From the NCBI GenBank assembly GCA_047601185.1, contig JASGJS010000001.1, positions 1,400,308 through 1,464,307 of the forward strand: DNA of 64,000 nucleotides, written 5' to 3'. Of this stretch, positions 41,169 to 53,405 are shown piece after piece. The notes below the pieces were generated by a model. It was not told where the DNA came from, ran no database searches, and saw nothing but the letters and a program-made list of their open reading frames with translations. The position numbers and the translations under genes are program-made. Positions within the stretch are counted from its first letter, which is position 1; each line of letters opens with the position of its first letter. The stretch is from Gammaproteobacteria bacterium. GTDB taxonomy: Bacteria > Pseudomonadota > Gammaproteobacteria > JAURND01.

Positions 41169-42780
41169 TTACCAGCTATCCAAAACAGTCTTAGCATTTT
41201 CCATTAACTGGTCAATAAAAGCTTTTAATTCCTCAGGCTCAATGACGTGAGGTAATTGCTCTGCCTGAATAACTCCCCGCCGTATGTCATGAACTTTCAT
41301 GAACATAATGTAAATATAAACGTGGATTTATCCCATTTAATATAGCGCTTGAAATCAGGCTGTAAAAAAATGCATGAATTTTTCCACTGCATTCATGGCC
41401 AATAAACAACCAATTTTTTCGACCCAATGCAAACCCTCTGATTTCTCCTTCTATCCAATTAGTATCTATTTCTGCGATGCCATGACGTAAATACTGAATC
41501 AAGTAAGGCCATTGTTTTAGGGTATATTGAATTGCATTGCCTAGTTGGCTTTTGGGAAGAACTGAAAGACGACTTTTCTTTAACCATTTATGAAAAGCTT
41601 TGAGAATAGGCCAAGCTATTTTTTGCCGCAGTCGTTTTCTCATATGAAATGAATATTGTTTTTCGCGCATATTTCGCTCTAAAGCATATAACGGTTTTAA
41701 TCTATCAATGACTTGTGCTGCAATCCCCGTTGTATCTTTAGTGATTTTTAATATCTCACTGAACTTGCGCCTGGCGTGAGTCAAACATGCTAAGCCGGTT
41801 ATACCTTCTCGCTTGCGTAAGGCTTCGTAACCTGCATAGCCATCTGTTTGCAATAAACCTTTGTATGATGCAAGCCGTTGTTGTACCGTCTCTCCTGATC
41901 GCGTCAAACTCAATTCAAAAACAACTAACCCCCCTTTGCCTATCCAGGGTGAGTGATAGCCCCAAAGATAACCCTGTTTCTCTGGCTTTAGAATTTTCAC
42001 CGGGGTTTCGTCAACTTGAAGATAACGGCTTTCTGAAATAGCCTTCCAAAATGCTTGATACAGTGGTTGTAATGCTTCCCCCAACTGCCTAACCCAATTG
42101 CCCAAGGTATTATCTGGAATGACAAGGCCTATGCTGGCCATCATTTTAGATTGTCGATACAACGGTAAGTGATATTGATACTTGTTAATGGCAATCTCTG
42201 TTAACACACTCCCACCTGCCAAGGCTTTTGGTAAGGGAGAAGGCTCTTTATGGCCCATTTGGATCGTTTGACAATGAGAGCAGCTATATTTATAACGAAT
42301 GTGTTCGGCTCGATAAAAACGTTGGGGCAGCATTTCTAGCTGTTCAGACGTTTCTGTACCCATCATTCGCAAAGCCTGATGACAGCTATAACAAGTCTTG
42401 TCATCTAAGTCATGATGAATTTGAAAGCTAGGCAGTGAGGATAGATCTATTAAGCGCCCAGATTTAGGACCTTTTTTGCGCGAATGAGCACAGACCGTTA
42501 TGGTAGGGTTAGTGGTATCTAAAGTCAGGTCCATGCTCAAGGCTGGCACAAGAGGCAAATCTCCCGAATCTCGCTTTTTACCAAAATGACGGCTTTGAGC
42601 CAATTTCAATTGCTCTTTTAATCGATTGACCTCATCGAGTAATGTCTCAACCGCCATCTCGGATCTATGTAATTGAGAGCGTAACCAATGGTTTTCTTGC
42701 CAAAGCTCGTAGAGCCCAAGGCCTGAATGGTAAGCTGCCTGTAAGCAGGATAGATTTTTTTGTTTTGCTTCGACCTTCAT
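41169..42780 (-). pseudogene. IS66-family transposase TnpC with a frameshift near the C-terminus
   Basis: Coiled coil, Zn ribbon, HLPLYRQ, DET, TDGY, HARRKF and GRKNWLF. The tail (KVHDIRR..LPH) continues in another frame to a stop at 41169. Confidence 0.88.
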
Positions 42781-42830
42781 GACAACATAATAATCTATTC
42801 TTCCACGATTGTAAATAGACTACATTCTTC

Positions 42831-44258
42831 TTAACTAAATTGGTCGTAGTTCAGCTCTCGCCAATTGCGCATGTCAACCCCCCATTTTTAGTACAACGCA
42901 TAAGTAGAAATCATAGCATTTCCCTATATTGCTGTGGTGTCAAATGCCCCAGCGACTGATGGGGTCTTTCCAGGTTATATTCCTGTAACCATTGATCAGT
43001 TATGGCTTGCACGTGGTTAATATCCTTAAATAAATGCACACCTAATACTTCTTCACGATAAGTACGATTAAATCGTTCGATATAAGCATTCTGTGCTGGT
43101 TTTCCTGGCTCAATATGACGAAGCTTTACACCATGTTTTTTGGCCCAATCAAACATTTCTTTTGAAATATTCTCAGGGCCATTATCCACCCGAAGCTGCA
43201 TAGGATAACCATGCTTAATAGATATCCAATCTAAAAACGCTGTTACCCGTTTAGCAGGTAATGATAAATTTGCTTGGATTCCCAATGCTTCCCGATTGCA
43301 GTCATCCAGTACATTCACAGTGCGAAATCGCCTACCATTTGCAAGTGCATCGCTCATGAAATCCATCGACCAGCTTTCATTCATTTGCATTGGCCAATTC
43401 AACGCAGTTTTCTCTCTCTGTGGCAGTCGCCTTTTGGGCTTACGTCTTAAATTTAATTTTAAATCACAATAAACCCTATAAACACGCTTATGGTTCCATT
43501 GATAACCTTGTTGTCTGAGTTTTTGAAACATCTTTTCAAACCCATAACGGCGATACCTAATGGCTAAATCCTGCAGAGCACATTTAATCTCCTCATCATT
43601 TTCTAATTTATGAGAATATCCAAAAACTGAACGACTAATGTTCAATAATCGGCAGGCTCGATTTAGGCTAATTTGATGGGTTTGAATTGCATAATTAACC
43701 CATTCTCTACGCTCTACTGCCGTAACTATTTTTTTTCGAGAACATCTTTCAATACCCGATAATCCAGGCTTAATTCAGCATACATATGTTTTAAGCGCTG
43801 ATTTTCTTCTTCTAGCTGTTTTAAGCGTTTTACATCTGATTCGATCATTCCATTAAATTTGTTCCGCCAGCTATAAATCGTTGCCTCGCTAATGGCATAT
43901 TTTCGGCTTAAATCGACGATGGGCACACCGGCTTCAAGCTCTTTTAAAATCCCAATTATTTGGTTTTCAGTAAATCTCGTTTTTTTCATTGTAGAGTCCT
44001 CTTAGTTCGACTAGTTTATCGGAAAACTCTACTTATGGGTTGTACTATTTTAGGGGAGGATTACCCGCATCTTTTGCCATTCCAGCCCAGCCAATAGCCA
44101 TCCTAATTCTTGAGTATTCATTTCCATAACACCACTCGTTTGGTTAAAGTGCATTTGGAATTTGCCTTGCTCTAATCTTTTATAAAGTAAAATAAACCCA
44201 TTTTTATGCCAAGACAGACATTTTACTCTATCGCGATCGCGGTTATAGAAAATATAAA
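42831..44258 (-). pseudogene. IS66 accessory TnpB, split by IS3 copy 4 and 5'-truncated by IS5
   Basis: YIFYNR.RDRVKCLSW..NGF.LLYKRLEQGKF; continues MRNWRELNYDQFS after the IS. Confidence 0.85.
42872..44065 (-). mobile_element. IS3-family element, copy 4
   Basis: Same ORFs; TSD CGCA. Confidence 0.96.
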
Positions 44259-46557
44259 GGCTTTGTTGCATAATTAATTAATTTGAAATTTTCTTTTTTT
44301 AACAATAGGTTATGCTGCAATGTGGCTTTCTGGTATACCTTAAGATGTCATTTTATTAAGAGCATTGCATTTAATAAACGCTTCAGTCGCTTGATTTTCA
44401 AATAAAATGGCTTTTAAATCATTCCCAAATATTTTCTTAAAACGAAACATCGCATTTTCTGCAATACTCCTTCTGTGATAGCCATTCTCTCTTTTCCAGG
44501 CCGCTTTTCCTATTTTTCGAATGGCTCTTATATTTTTATCACGCCGTAAGGGTTTTCTTTTACAGTTGCCATGCTGCTTTATCTTCGCAGTCTCTCGCGG
44601 AGGAATGGTGACCTTCGCACCTTTTTTCTCAAGTAACTCATAATTTTCAAAACTGTCATAAGCACCATCGGCAGATGCCTGAAGGATTTTGCTGTTAATT
44701 TGCGCCAATAAATCAGGAAATGCTTCATTATCATGCACATCATTGGTTGACAATCCCTTGGCTATAATTTCCCCAGTTGCCTCATCGATTCCTAAATGAA
44801 GCTTACGCCAAGTTCGTCGTTTACTATAGCCATACTGCCTGACTTTCCATTCACCTTCCCCAAATACCTTTAACCCAGTAGAATCAAATACAGCATGCAA
44901 TGCTTTACCCGACTGGAATTTTTTTAGGGGGACTTCTAAATCCCCTTGCCGACGACAAACAGTCGTATAATTCGGCGTTTTAATCGGTAACGCCATTAGT
45001 TCAATAAGTGACGCTGTAAAGCCTTGTAAAGCCCGAAGAGGGAGACGGAAAACCATCTTGAGGGTCAATACACATAAGATAGCAGCTTCAGCGTAAACTT
45101 TAGGTCTCCCGCGAGCACCAGATTTGTCAATATTATGCCATTGTTTGATTGATTCCTCGTCAAACCATATGGTTAGGCTTCCTCGATTGGTCAATGCTTT
45201 GTTATAATGAGGCCAGTTACGAATGCGGTAAGTTTGTTTTTTTGCCATTTTTAATCCCTTAGTTCTTTTTTGCTTGAGAACTTAAGAGTCTAATGGCTTT
45301 TAAAATGTTTGCAACTATCCAAATTGCCGTATTTCGTGACCATTGGTAATCCTCCCCTAAAATAGTACAACCCATAAGTAGAGTTTTCCGATAAACTAGT
45401 CGAACTAAGAGGACTCTACAATGAAAAAAACGAGATTTACTGAAAACCAAATAATTGGGATTTTAAAAGAGCTTGAAGCCGGTGTGCCCATCGTCGATTT
45501 AAGCCGAAAATATGCCATTAGCGAGGCAACGATTTATAGCTGGCGGAACAAATTTAATGGAATGATCGAATCAGATGTAAAACGCTTAAAACAGCTAGAA
45601 GAAGAAAATCAGCGCTTAAAACATATGTATGCTGAATTAAGCCTGGATTATCGGGTATTGAAAGATGTTCTCGAAAAAAAATAGTTACGGCAGTAGAGCG
45701 TAGAGAATGGGTTAATTATGCAATTCAAACCCATCAAATTAGCCTAAATCGAGCCTGCCGATTATTGAACATTAGTCGTTCAGTTTTTGGATATTCTCAT
45801 AAATTAGAAAATGATGAGGAGATTAAATGTGCTCTGCAGGATTTAGCCATTAGGTATCGCCGTTATGGGTTTGAAAAGATGTTTCAAAAACTCAGACAAC
45901 AAGGTTATCAATGGAACCATAAGCGTGTTTATAGGGTTTATTGTGATTTAAAATTAAATTTAAGACGTAAGCCCAAAAGGCGACTGCCACAGAGAGAGAA
46001 AACTGCGTTGAATTGGCCAATGCAAATGAATGAAAGCTGGTCGATGGATTTCATGAGCGATGCACTTGCAAAATGGTAGGCGATTTCGCACTGTGAATGT
46101 ACTGGATGACTGCAATCGGGAAGCATTGGGAATCCAAGCAAATTTATCATTACCTGCTAAACGGGTAACAGCGTTTTTAGATTGGATATCTATTAAGCAT
46201 GGTTATCCTATGCAGCTTCGGGTGGATAATGGCCCTGAGAATATTTCAAAAGAAATGTTTGATTGGGCCAAAAAACATGGTGTAAAGCTTCGTCATATTG
46301 AGCCAGGAAAACCAGCACAGAATGCTTATATCGAACGATTTAATCGTACTTATCGTGAAGAAGTATTAGGTGTGCATTTATTTAAGGATATTAACCACGT
46401 GCAAGCCATAACTGATCAATGGTTACAGGAATATAACCTGGAAAGACCCCATCAGTCGCTGGGGCATTTGACACCACAGCAATATAGGGAAATGCTATGA
46501 TTTCTACTTATGCGTTGTACTAAAAATGGGGGGTTGACACATTTATGCAACAACGCC
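44259..46557 (-). mobile_element. IS5-family (IS903-like) element with nested IS3
   Basis: Transposase 44340-45248 (YRIRNW, DSTGLK.FGEGEW, ADGAYD, YHRRSIAE); TIRs GGCTTTGTTGCATAA / TTATGCAACAACGCC; no TSD seen. Confidence 0.9.
45345..46539 (+). mobile_element. IS3-family element, copy 5 (orfB frameshifted)
   Basis: TSD CATT; extra A near 46070 (GCAAAATGG versus GCAAATGG). Confidence 0.95.
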
Positions 46558-47211
46558 CTCCAGAATATAAATTTTATAGCAAAAAATATGTATAATAGAA
46601 ATCAAGGAAAGATTATTTATGAAACTCCCAAAGCCGATATAGTGAATTTGCCTGCAGATTCCGATGGAATGGCAGTTTTAGAAGTTTTGGTATCTGAGTG
46701 CCACAAATATTTTTTTACTCAATTAGTTACTTCATGCGAAACTGTTCTATCCAAAATATATACTTTAGAAAAAGGAAATAGACACTTAAAAGAATTGGAA
46801 CAGAAAATCAATTTATGCCAGTGTCAGATCAAAGAACAGAGCTTGAAAAAATTAAAAAAGTTGAAAAATGTAAGCCCAAATAAGCCTACTTTTAGTGATT
46901 ACATAAATCAAATTTTTAATAAATTATGTGATGATGGAATCGAAGAAGATGCCTTGGAACAAGAAAAAAAGGTATTTGATGTGCTTCGTGTAATAAGAAA
47001 CTATTTCTCTCATGGACATGATTTACAAAAAGAAGAGCTTAAAATCATAGCAGAAAGCGAAATGTCCGAAGCGGGAATCCTGGTGTTAAGGGGAAGGATA
47101 GTGTCCATTAATTTTGTATTGTACTCTCATTTTCTTTACAAGATATTATTAGTAATTGATTTAATATGTAAAAGGGCCAATGTGAGAGCTTTTAACGTCC
47201 AACAGGCATGA
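46558..47211 (+). pseudogene. Probably 5'-truncated HEPN-like protein
   Basis: Helical protein with RNYFSH (RxxxxH); its frame runs into the IS5 end. Confidence 0.5.
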
Positions 47212-47394
47212 AAATTATGTAAATTTAACTTGTTAATTCACCTCAAGTTTTTAGTATTTACATCTGGGTGAAATGTTATAGAAAGTGGTAAAAAGAGGCT
47301 TCTCTACAAAAATGCTTTGAGTTAGTAAGAAAATTAATTCCTTAGTAGCGGTTTGTCTTCAGGTTCGATAACTTTTTCCGTAACTTTGTCACTT

Positions 47395-48592
47395 TCAGAA
47401 CTCTTTTTTACGATATGCCACAATTGAAACAATCAATATTATTGCGGCGGCCGCGATCAGTTCTGCAGAGCCTATTAAATACCCTTTGTCGACACTGGCT
47501 ATTGAAGATGATAAGAATTTCTCATAATCATTAATCGGAAATAAAAAAAGATTTATCATGCTGTGCAACAAAAATTGAATCAATCCCCGTGATCGTAAGT
47601 CCGCCAACAGAAGCCATAGAAATCAGGCTGGCAGTGAACTTCATTATTTTTTTAGAGCAATCATTTTCTTCAATAATTTCTTGTGGAATTTCTTTTTCCA
47701 TTTTTTTATGCGTTTGTTTTTCATCGATCGGTGGTGAAGGTGGTGGCTCATGGCTTTTATCATCTAAGAGTTCCGTTTCTTGACAGAGAATGGGGAGGTC
47801 ATATTTTTTACAATGTTTTGATATGTCTTTTAAAAATTTCTCATAATTGGTCCTAGGGTCAGCCACGTCACTGAAAAATCCAGCTGCTTTTGCTGGAAGA
47901 ATACATTCTGATAAACTGTGATGCCCAGCTGCTACCAATCCTGCAGCAAATACCAAAATTAATTTTTCAAAATCTTTTTGCTTATAATTTCTATCATCAT
48001 CCAGACCTCTTTGTAAATCCAAAATAAAGTATTGTATGGACCCAGAAGCTCCTGCAATAAATGGAGCGCCCGATTTTCTTAAAACAGTAGCGGTAGATAA
48101 TTTTGAGCTAACAGAAATATTAGAGCTTTTGGCGTGCAATAAATCTCTCGACCAAAAATCCTTAAACTCATCATCATGAGGAGAAGATCTTTCCATGATT
48201 CCCGCGTAGGTATTTTTAAAGCTCTCGCTTTTTATTTCGTCAGATTCAGCTTCCACTCGCCCTCTATGTTTAAAAAATGATCTATTTCTAACTGCCCAAA
48301 TAGACTGCTGTTCTGAGGGGCTAATGGATTCTCCAAATCCTTTTTCGAAGTCAGTTTTAACATTATTGGTTTCATCCATTTGAAACTGCATCCATTCAAT
48401 GATGCTGGCATTTTGAGCAGGGAGTGGTGATCTAAACTTGTATTCTTGTGCAGAGCTCGAAACATATCCTTTAAATAGGTTTGCAAGTTCTTCAGGCAAA
48501 TTTTTTAAAGCCGAAACCGCCCACTTACTTTCTTTGTGGGTATGTTCTATGACATTTCCTCGTCTATCTTTTTCTTTCTCAATCATACTCAT
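47395..48592 (-). CDS. Effector-like protein, frameshifted at a homopolymer before its second TM helix
   Basis: 353-aa ORF (AGASGS..GHHSLSE). Deleting one T near 47545 joins it to the 47395 ORF. Confidence 0.6.
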
Positions 48593-49258
48593 ATACGCAT
48601 GCCTCGATAATAATTCGCCTTTTCAATTATTTATATATTAAATCATACTTACCTTAAGGAAAAATTAGGAAATTTCATTATAAAGTATGGAATTTTATGG
48701 AAAACAAGAGGCAATAGCAGGGTATAGTGACCAGTTTGTTTTTAAAATATGATGTACCCTGTCTAAAGCCAAAGTCCTTAAATGTCTCCCAAAAAGCTTG
48801 ACAAAATTTAAGATTTCTTTAATCTATTCATTATTAGTCACTGCTGCACGACTCAAAAAGCAGCTAAGGTTGGCACCTACGGAGATACATCCAACCACAA
48901 CCTTCGGTTGTCTCAGCATACTGCCTCAAGCCGTATTTTATAATGCCTACAAGGCGCATTTCTTGTTTCTGAGAAATTTTAATCAAATCTTTCATGCTCA
49001 CATAGTTGAGTTGGATTATTTCCAGCTATCAATCTATCTGCGCCTTAAGTCCCTAAATTTTCTGCGGCAAAGCATTATTGTTCCCCAGAAAGCCCGCATG
49101 ACCTCTCCTGGTGTTTTTTATTCTGGGAAGAAAGCCATGCTATCCATCATCATTAATATTTAGCCTCGGCTAAACTCTGTTTTACTCACCCATAGGGGAA
49201 AATGTCCCCTGTCGGGTATGCATTTTCTCCTTTTTTCATTTATAGGAGGAAATGTTGT

Positions 49259-49579
49259 ATGAAAAATCATCCAAAGTTTTATTTTTCAGGCTTGGGTTGT
49301 ATTGAAGCCTTTAAAAAAACCGAAACTGACGCTTATATTAAGCTCAAAGTGCTAATGGGTCCCTCTGACGATTTAGTCTTAGGCTGTTTAGTGGAATCCA
49401 AGCGGCTCATTGAAGCAATTACGCAACTATCAACCGGTCAAAAAACGATCGGTCAAGGTATCCTGGTAAAGTTCAAAATTGAATACAAGGGCTTTGATTA
49501 TTGGTACCCAGGCCGATTTGATGGGGATCCTTTGAACCTATTACAGTTTCAAGGGGTATTGACTCACGGAAAAGTCTAG
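49259..49579 (+). CDS. Hypothetical protein resembling ICE DUF3577/STY4534 proteins
   Basis: AGGAGG RBS; weak SGLG and LMGPSDD similarity. Confidence 0.45.
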   Translation: MKNHPKFYFSGLGCIEAFKKTETDAYIKLKVLMGPSDDLVLGCLVESKRLIEAITQLSTGQKTIGQGILVKFKIEYKGFDYWYPGRFDGDPLNLLQFQGVLTHGKV

Positions 49580-49683
49580 TTGGTTGATGCTGATGAGCCA
49601 TCGGTAGCGTTATCGCCGATTTACTCATCTTCTGACGACGAGCCTTCCTCTTCCTGCAATTTATCGCAAAAGAGGGTATAATC

Positions 49684-50088
49684 ATGCAAAACCCAATAAG
49701 AGATTTGTTTGCACTCCAAACAGAGCTTGTAGACGCCAAAGTGGAGGTCAGCGTGAGTAAGGCCATTAGTCAGGTTATTGAGCAAATTGTCAACTTTAGG
49801 CAAGAAGTGCAGCGGGATTTTGATGGATTAAAACATCAAATGCACCGGGAAATTTCCAGCCTGAAATACGAAATGTTGGACCGTTTTTCTAAGGTGGAGG
49901 ATCGTTTCTCCAAAGTAAAAAGCCGACTAGCATCTGTTGAAACGGCTCTAGGAAGGCGTGATCAGGTTCGAAGTGAGCTTCGTACTCGATTTTTTGATTA
50001 CACATTCCGAGCAGGTTGGGCAATTGGATTGGTCACATTATCAGCGGCAGTATCATCGCTGGTATTTGCGCTACATTCCATGTTTTAA
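49684..50088 (+). CDS. Coiled-coil protein with C-terminal TM helix
   Basis: Heptad repeats (DRFSKV twice) and a hydrophobic tail. Confidence 0.65.
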   Translation: MQNPIRDLFALQTELVDAKVEVSVSKAISQVIEQIVNFRQEVQRDFDGLKHQMHREISSLKYEMLDRFSKVEDRFSKVKSRLASVETALGRRDQVRSELRTRFFDYTFRAGWAIGLVTLSAAVSSLVFALHSMF

Positions 50089-50214
50089 GTATTGTAACAA
50101 TTGAGCTGAGCTGACAGGCTTGGCTCAATTATCATAACCCTAAAAGGGAGAAATAATTCTCTCTTTTAAGGGATACATTATTTCTCTCTACTTTACCAAG
50201 GAGGAGTAGAAATA

Positions 50215-50733
50215 ATGTCAAATTTACTGCCAAAAATTTATGTTATCTGTACGGCTGCAAGTGATGCAGGAGTGCGTCATGGTGCTTGGATAAATGCTTA
50301 TCAAGATGTTGAAGAGATAGAAGCTGATGTGCAATGCATGTTAGCTTCCAGCCCTTTCCCTGAATCTGAAGGATATGACATCTATGATTCTCTGGATTTT
50401 GGAGAATTAGAAATCCTTACGTGTGAGTCCTTAAAAAATGTTTCCGAATGGGCCAAGTTTATTGTAAAGCATGGACGTCTAGGATCGAAAGTCATTGATT
50501 ATGTGGGGGGTAATTTGGAAGAAGCCACGCGCATGATGGAAGAATGCTATTATGGTACTTATTCTAGCGAGTCTGCATTTGTTGAAAGTATTTTTGAGCA
50601 AGCGACCGACATTCCTGCGCATTTGCAGAATTACATTGACTATCAGGCTATGGCAAGAGATTGGTTTATCAGTGATTTCGTGTCTTTGAAGCTTAAACAT
50701 AAACATGAGGTTCATGTTTTTAGTCAATATTGA
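50215..50733 (+). CDS. ardA: Antirestriction protein ArdA
   Basis: IYV..HGAWI, YYGTY and IPAHLQNYIDYQAMARD motifs; acidic composition. Confidence 0.9.
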   Translation: MSNLLPKIYVICTAASDAGVRHGAWINAYQDVEEIEADVQCMLASSPFPESEGYDIYDSLDFGELEILTCESLKNVSEWAKFIVKHGRLGSKVIDYVGGNLEEATRMMEECYYGTYSSESAFVESIFEQATDIPAHLQNYIDYQAMARDWFISDFVSLKLKHKHEVHVFSQY

Positions 50734-50943
50734 AGGTCATTCAGTGTTGTTATTTGAATGATTTAGGTTTTTCTCACTTTTCCTTTGAATAAAGTGAGAC
50801 TAAATAGGCTTTCCATGGTCTATTAATCGCTCTTTAATTAGGGCGTCGTTTATTCTGATGAATAAATGCTCTTAACTAATGGAAATAAACTGATACTTCG
50901 TACATTACGCTCACTTTAGTGCAAGACTCAAAAATTTTTAAAC

Positions 50944-50987
50944 CTTCAAACAACTAGCCCCGCTTATGTGAAGCTAGTTGTTTGAAG
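50944..50987. terminator. 15-bp-stem hairpin between convergent genes
   Basis: CTTCAAACAACTAGC / GCTAGTTGTTTGAAG. Confidence 0.6.
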
Positions 50988-51010
50988 AGAGTCAAAGAGC
51001 CTTAAGCTAA

Positions 51011-53343
51011 TTACATTATTAAACAACTTCGCACGTCTGGGAATAACAAAGAGAAAATTTTTGGCTCAGCCCCAGAACAATAATCACTGGGTATTTTTCC
51101 AGAAGCATCTTTTATAGAGTTATTTGCTCCATTTAATAGCAAAATTTTAACGCATTCGAATGAATTATTTCCTATCGCCAAATGTAATGCAGTCTTTTTT
51201 AAAATGGGGTCTTGAGCGTTTACATTAACCTTTAATTCAATAAATTTTTGCAAGTCTAAGCCATTTTTGTTGGCCGCAGCCTCTCTTAAGCCTCTTTCTA
51301 ATTCTGATTGAGAAGTATTTTTAAGGTCGTAGGCTTTTACTAGTTTTGATATCAGATCTTCAGGTTGTTTACTTCCAGGGAACATGCCAGCCCAGGAAGA
51401 GAAATTTTCCGAGTTTTTATCTGAGCTTTTTCTCCGCTCAGGTTTTGGGTCAACGTGTTCTGGCTTATGAGATTCTGATGATGGGGGAGTCTCATCAAAT
51501 TTTGGATTTTTCTTCAAAGTTTCTAAAAATACTGAGAGCTCTAATTGAACAAATATTTCCGGACCGCGCTTAAGAATGCCACCCATAAAAGCACAACCAA
51601 AAAATATTTTTTCTGGTTGAATTCCTAGTTTTTTTAAGACAGAAAATACTTCATTTTCTTCACTTTTTGTCAGGTCATCCGTTTTTTTATTGAAGGTGAC
51701 TCTTACCATCAAACCAAGACCTTGTAGCTCGACATCTTTCGCAAATTCTTTTAAGCTAGTTGGGGAAAAAATCTCTGCAATTCGCGCATTTACTTCTTTT
51801 TCAGACATTGCGTCATGAGAATGTTTTTTATCAAATTTATTAAATTCTGACTCTTTGGAACTAGCGTGAGAAAACGAGGGATTGGATAGGTTATAAATGA
51901 TGTGTCAACACTTTCCCGGACACTTTTTTAATAGTTTACTACTTTTGCTTCAAATACCGCAGGCGCCATATAATCATTTGCCGAATGTAAACGCTTGCGA
52001 TTATAAAATACTTCAATATATTCAAATATTATTTTCTTTGCTTCCTCCCTTGTTGGAAATTTGCAATGATGGGTTAATTCCGTTTTTAGGGTATGAAAAA
52101 AACTCTCTGACACCGCATTGTCCCAGCAATTGCCCTTACGGCTCATGCTGTGAACGATGCCATGATCGTCAAGTATTTTTTTGTGACTTTCGCTTGCATA
52201 CTGGCTGCCGCGGTCTGTGTGCCACAATAAACCTCGCATAGGTTTTCTTGTCCATATCGCCATTGTTAAAGCATCATTTACTAATTCTGCTTGCATGTGG
52301 TCCTCCATCGCCCATCCCACCACACGCCGTGAAAATAAATCAATTACAACCGCTAAATATATCCAGCCCTCAATCGTCCAGATGTAAGTAATATCTCCTA
52401 CATACTTCTGATCCGGCTGTGTCGCTGTGAAATCACGCCCCAATAAATTGGGTGCGATTGGCAACTTGTGCTTAGAATCCGTGGTAACTTTAAACTTGCG
52501 CTTCGTTTTGCATTGTAACCCTTGCTGTTTCATCAGTTTGCCAATACGTCGTCGACTCATGCTGACGCCTTCTAGCTGTAGCTCCTTCTTGATCCTACGC
52601 GTCCCATAACTACTACGACCTTTCATAAAAACATGCTGGATCCTGCTCGCTAAATGTTGATTTTCCAAGCTCCGGGCTGATGGAGTGCTTTGTTGCCACT
52701 CGTAAAAGCTACTGCGCCCAACCTCAAGCAACTGACACATAAGCCCTACAGGGTATTCAGATTGATGTAACTGAATCCATGCGTACTTTACAGTTGATCG
52801 CCTGCGAAGTACGCCGCTGCTTTTTTTAAGATGTCACGCTCCATCTGCAAGCGTGCATTTTCTTTCTTTAAACGTTGAATCTCAGCATGGGCATCTATTT
52901 TTGAGCTTGAGCCTGCGTCAGTTTTTGTATTGGGGCCATATCGCTTTACCCAGCCATGCAGGGTTACCTCATGTACGCCTAGATTACGGGCAGTAGCAGT
53001 TATAGGTTGGTCAGATTCGATAGCAAGTTTTGCCGATGAGCGCTTAAAGTCTTCTGTATATTGCTTAAATTTTCTTTTTTGCATAGGGTTCTCCAGTCAA
53101 ATAATTCTAAGTTATTTGTCCGGAAAAGTGTAGCCACTTCAAAATACTTCGTTTTACCGGGTCAGTCAATGTTTCATAAGCTTCTTGGACTTGTTTAAAT
53201 AATTTTTCAGCTTCTTCTTTAGTTAGTCCATTTTGTTTGGCTTTATCTGGATGAGTTTCTTTTGCTCGCTTTCTATAAGCGCTTCTGATTTCCGCATCAG
53301 AGGCATCACGTGAAACACCTAATAATTCATAATAATCTTTCAT
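51011..53343 (-). pseudogene. J-domain + ankyrin + CaaX effector-like gene split by an IS3-family element
   Basis: HPD J-domain at 53343-53142 joins in frame (KRSIYNLS..HDAMSEK) to the ankyrin ORF (TALHLA) ending CLIM. Confidence 0.88.
51898..53141 (-). mobile_element. Second, distinct IS3-family element
   Basis: orfA 52788-53084, orfB 51928-52740 ([22 protein letters not shown]); 25-bp TG..CA IRs; TSD AAA. Confidence 0.95.
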
Positions 53344-53405
53344 CTCTTTCTCACCTTTATTTAGTTTTAGACTAGACCCCTGCCATATGCCGATCCATTC
53401 AGAAG

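Noticed and set aside
46510-46557. MRCTKNGGLT N-termini of ORFs 46510-47211 and 29513-30100
   Set aside because: They are read out of IS ends and are not true starts.
48798-49163. 121-aa ORF
   Set aside because: TTG start coincides with a TTGACA promoter-like box; no RBS or protein-like features; probably a leader region.
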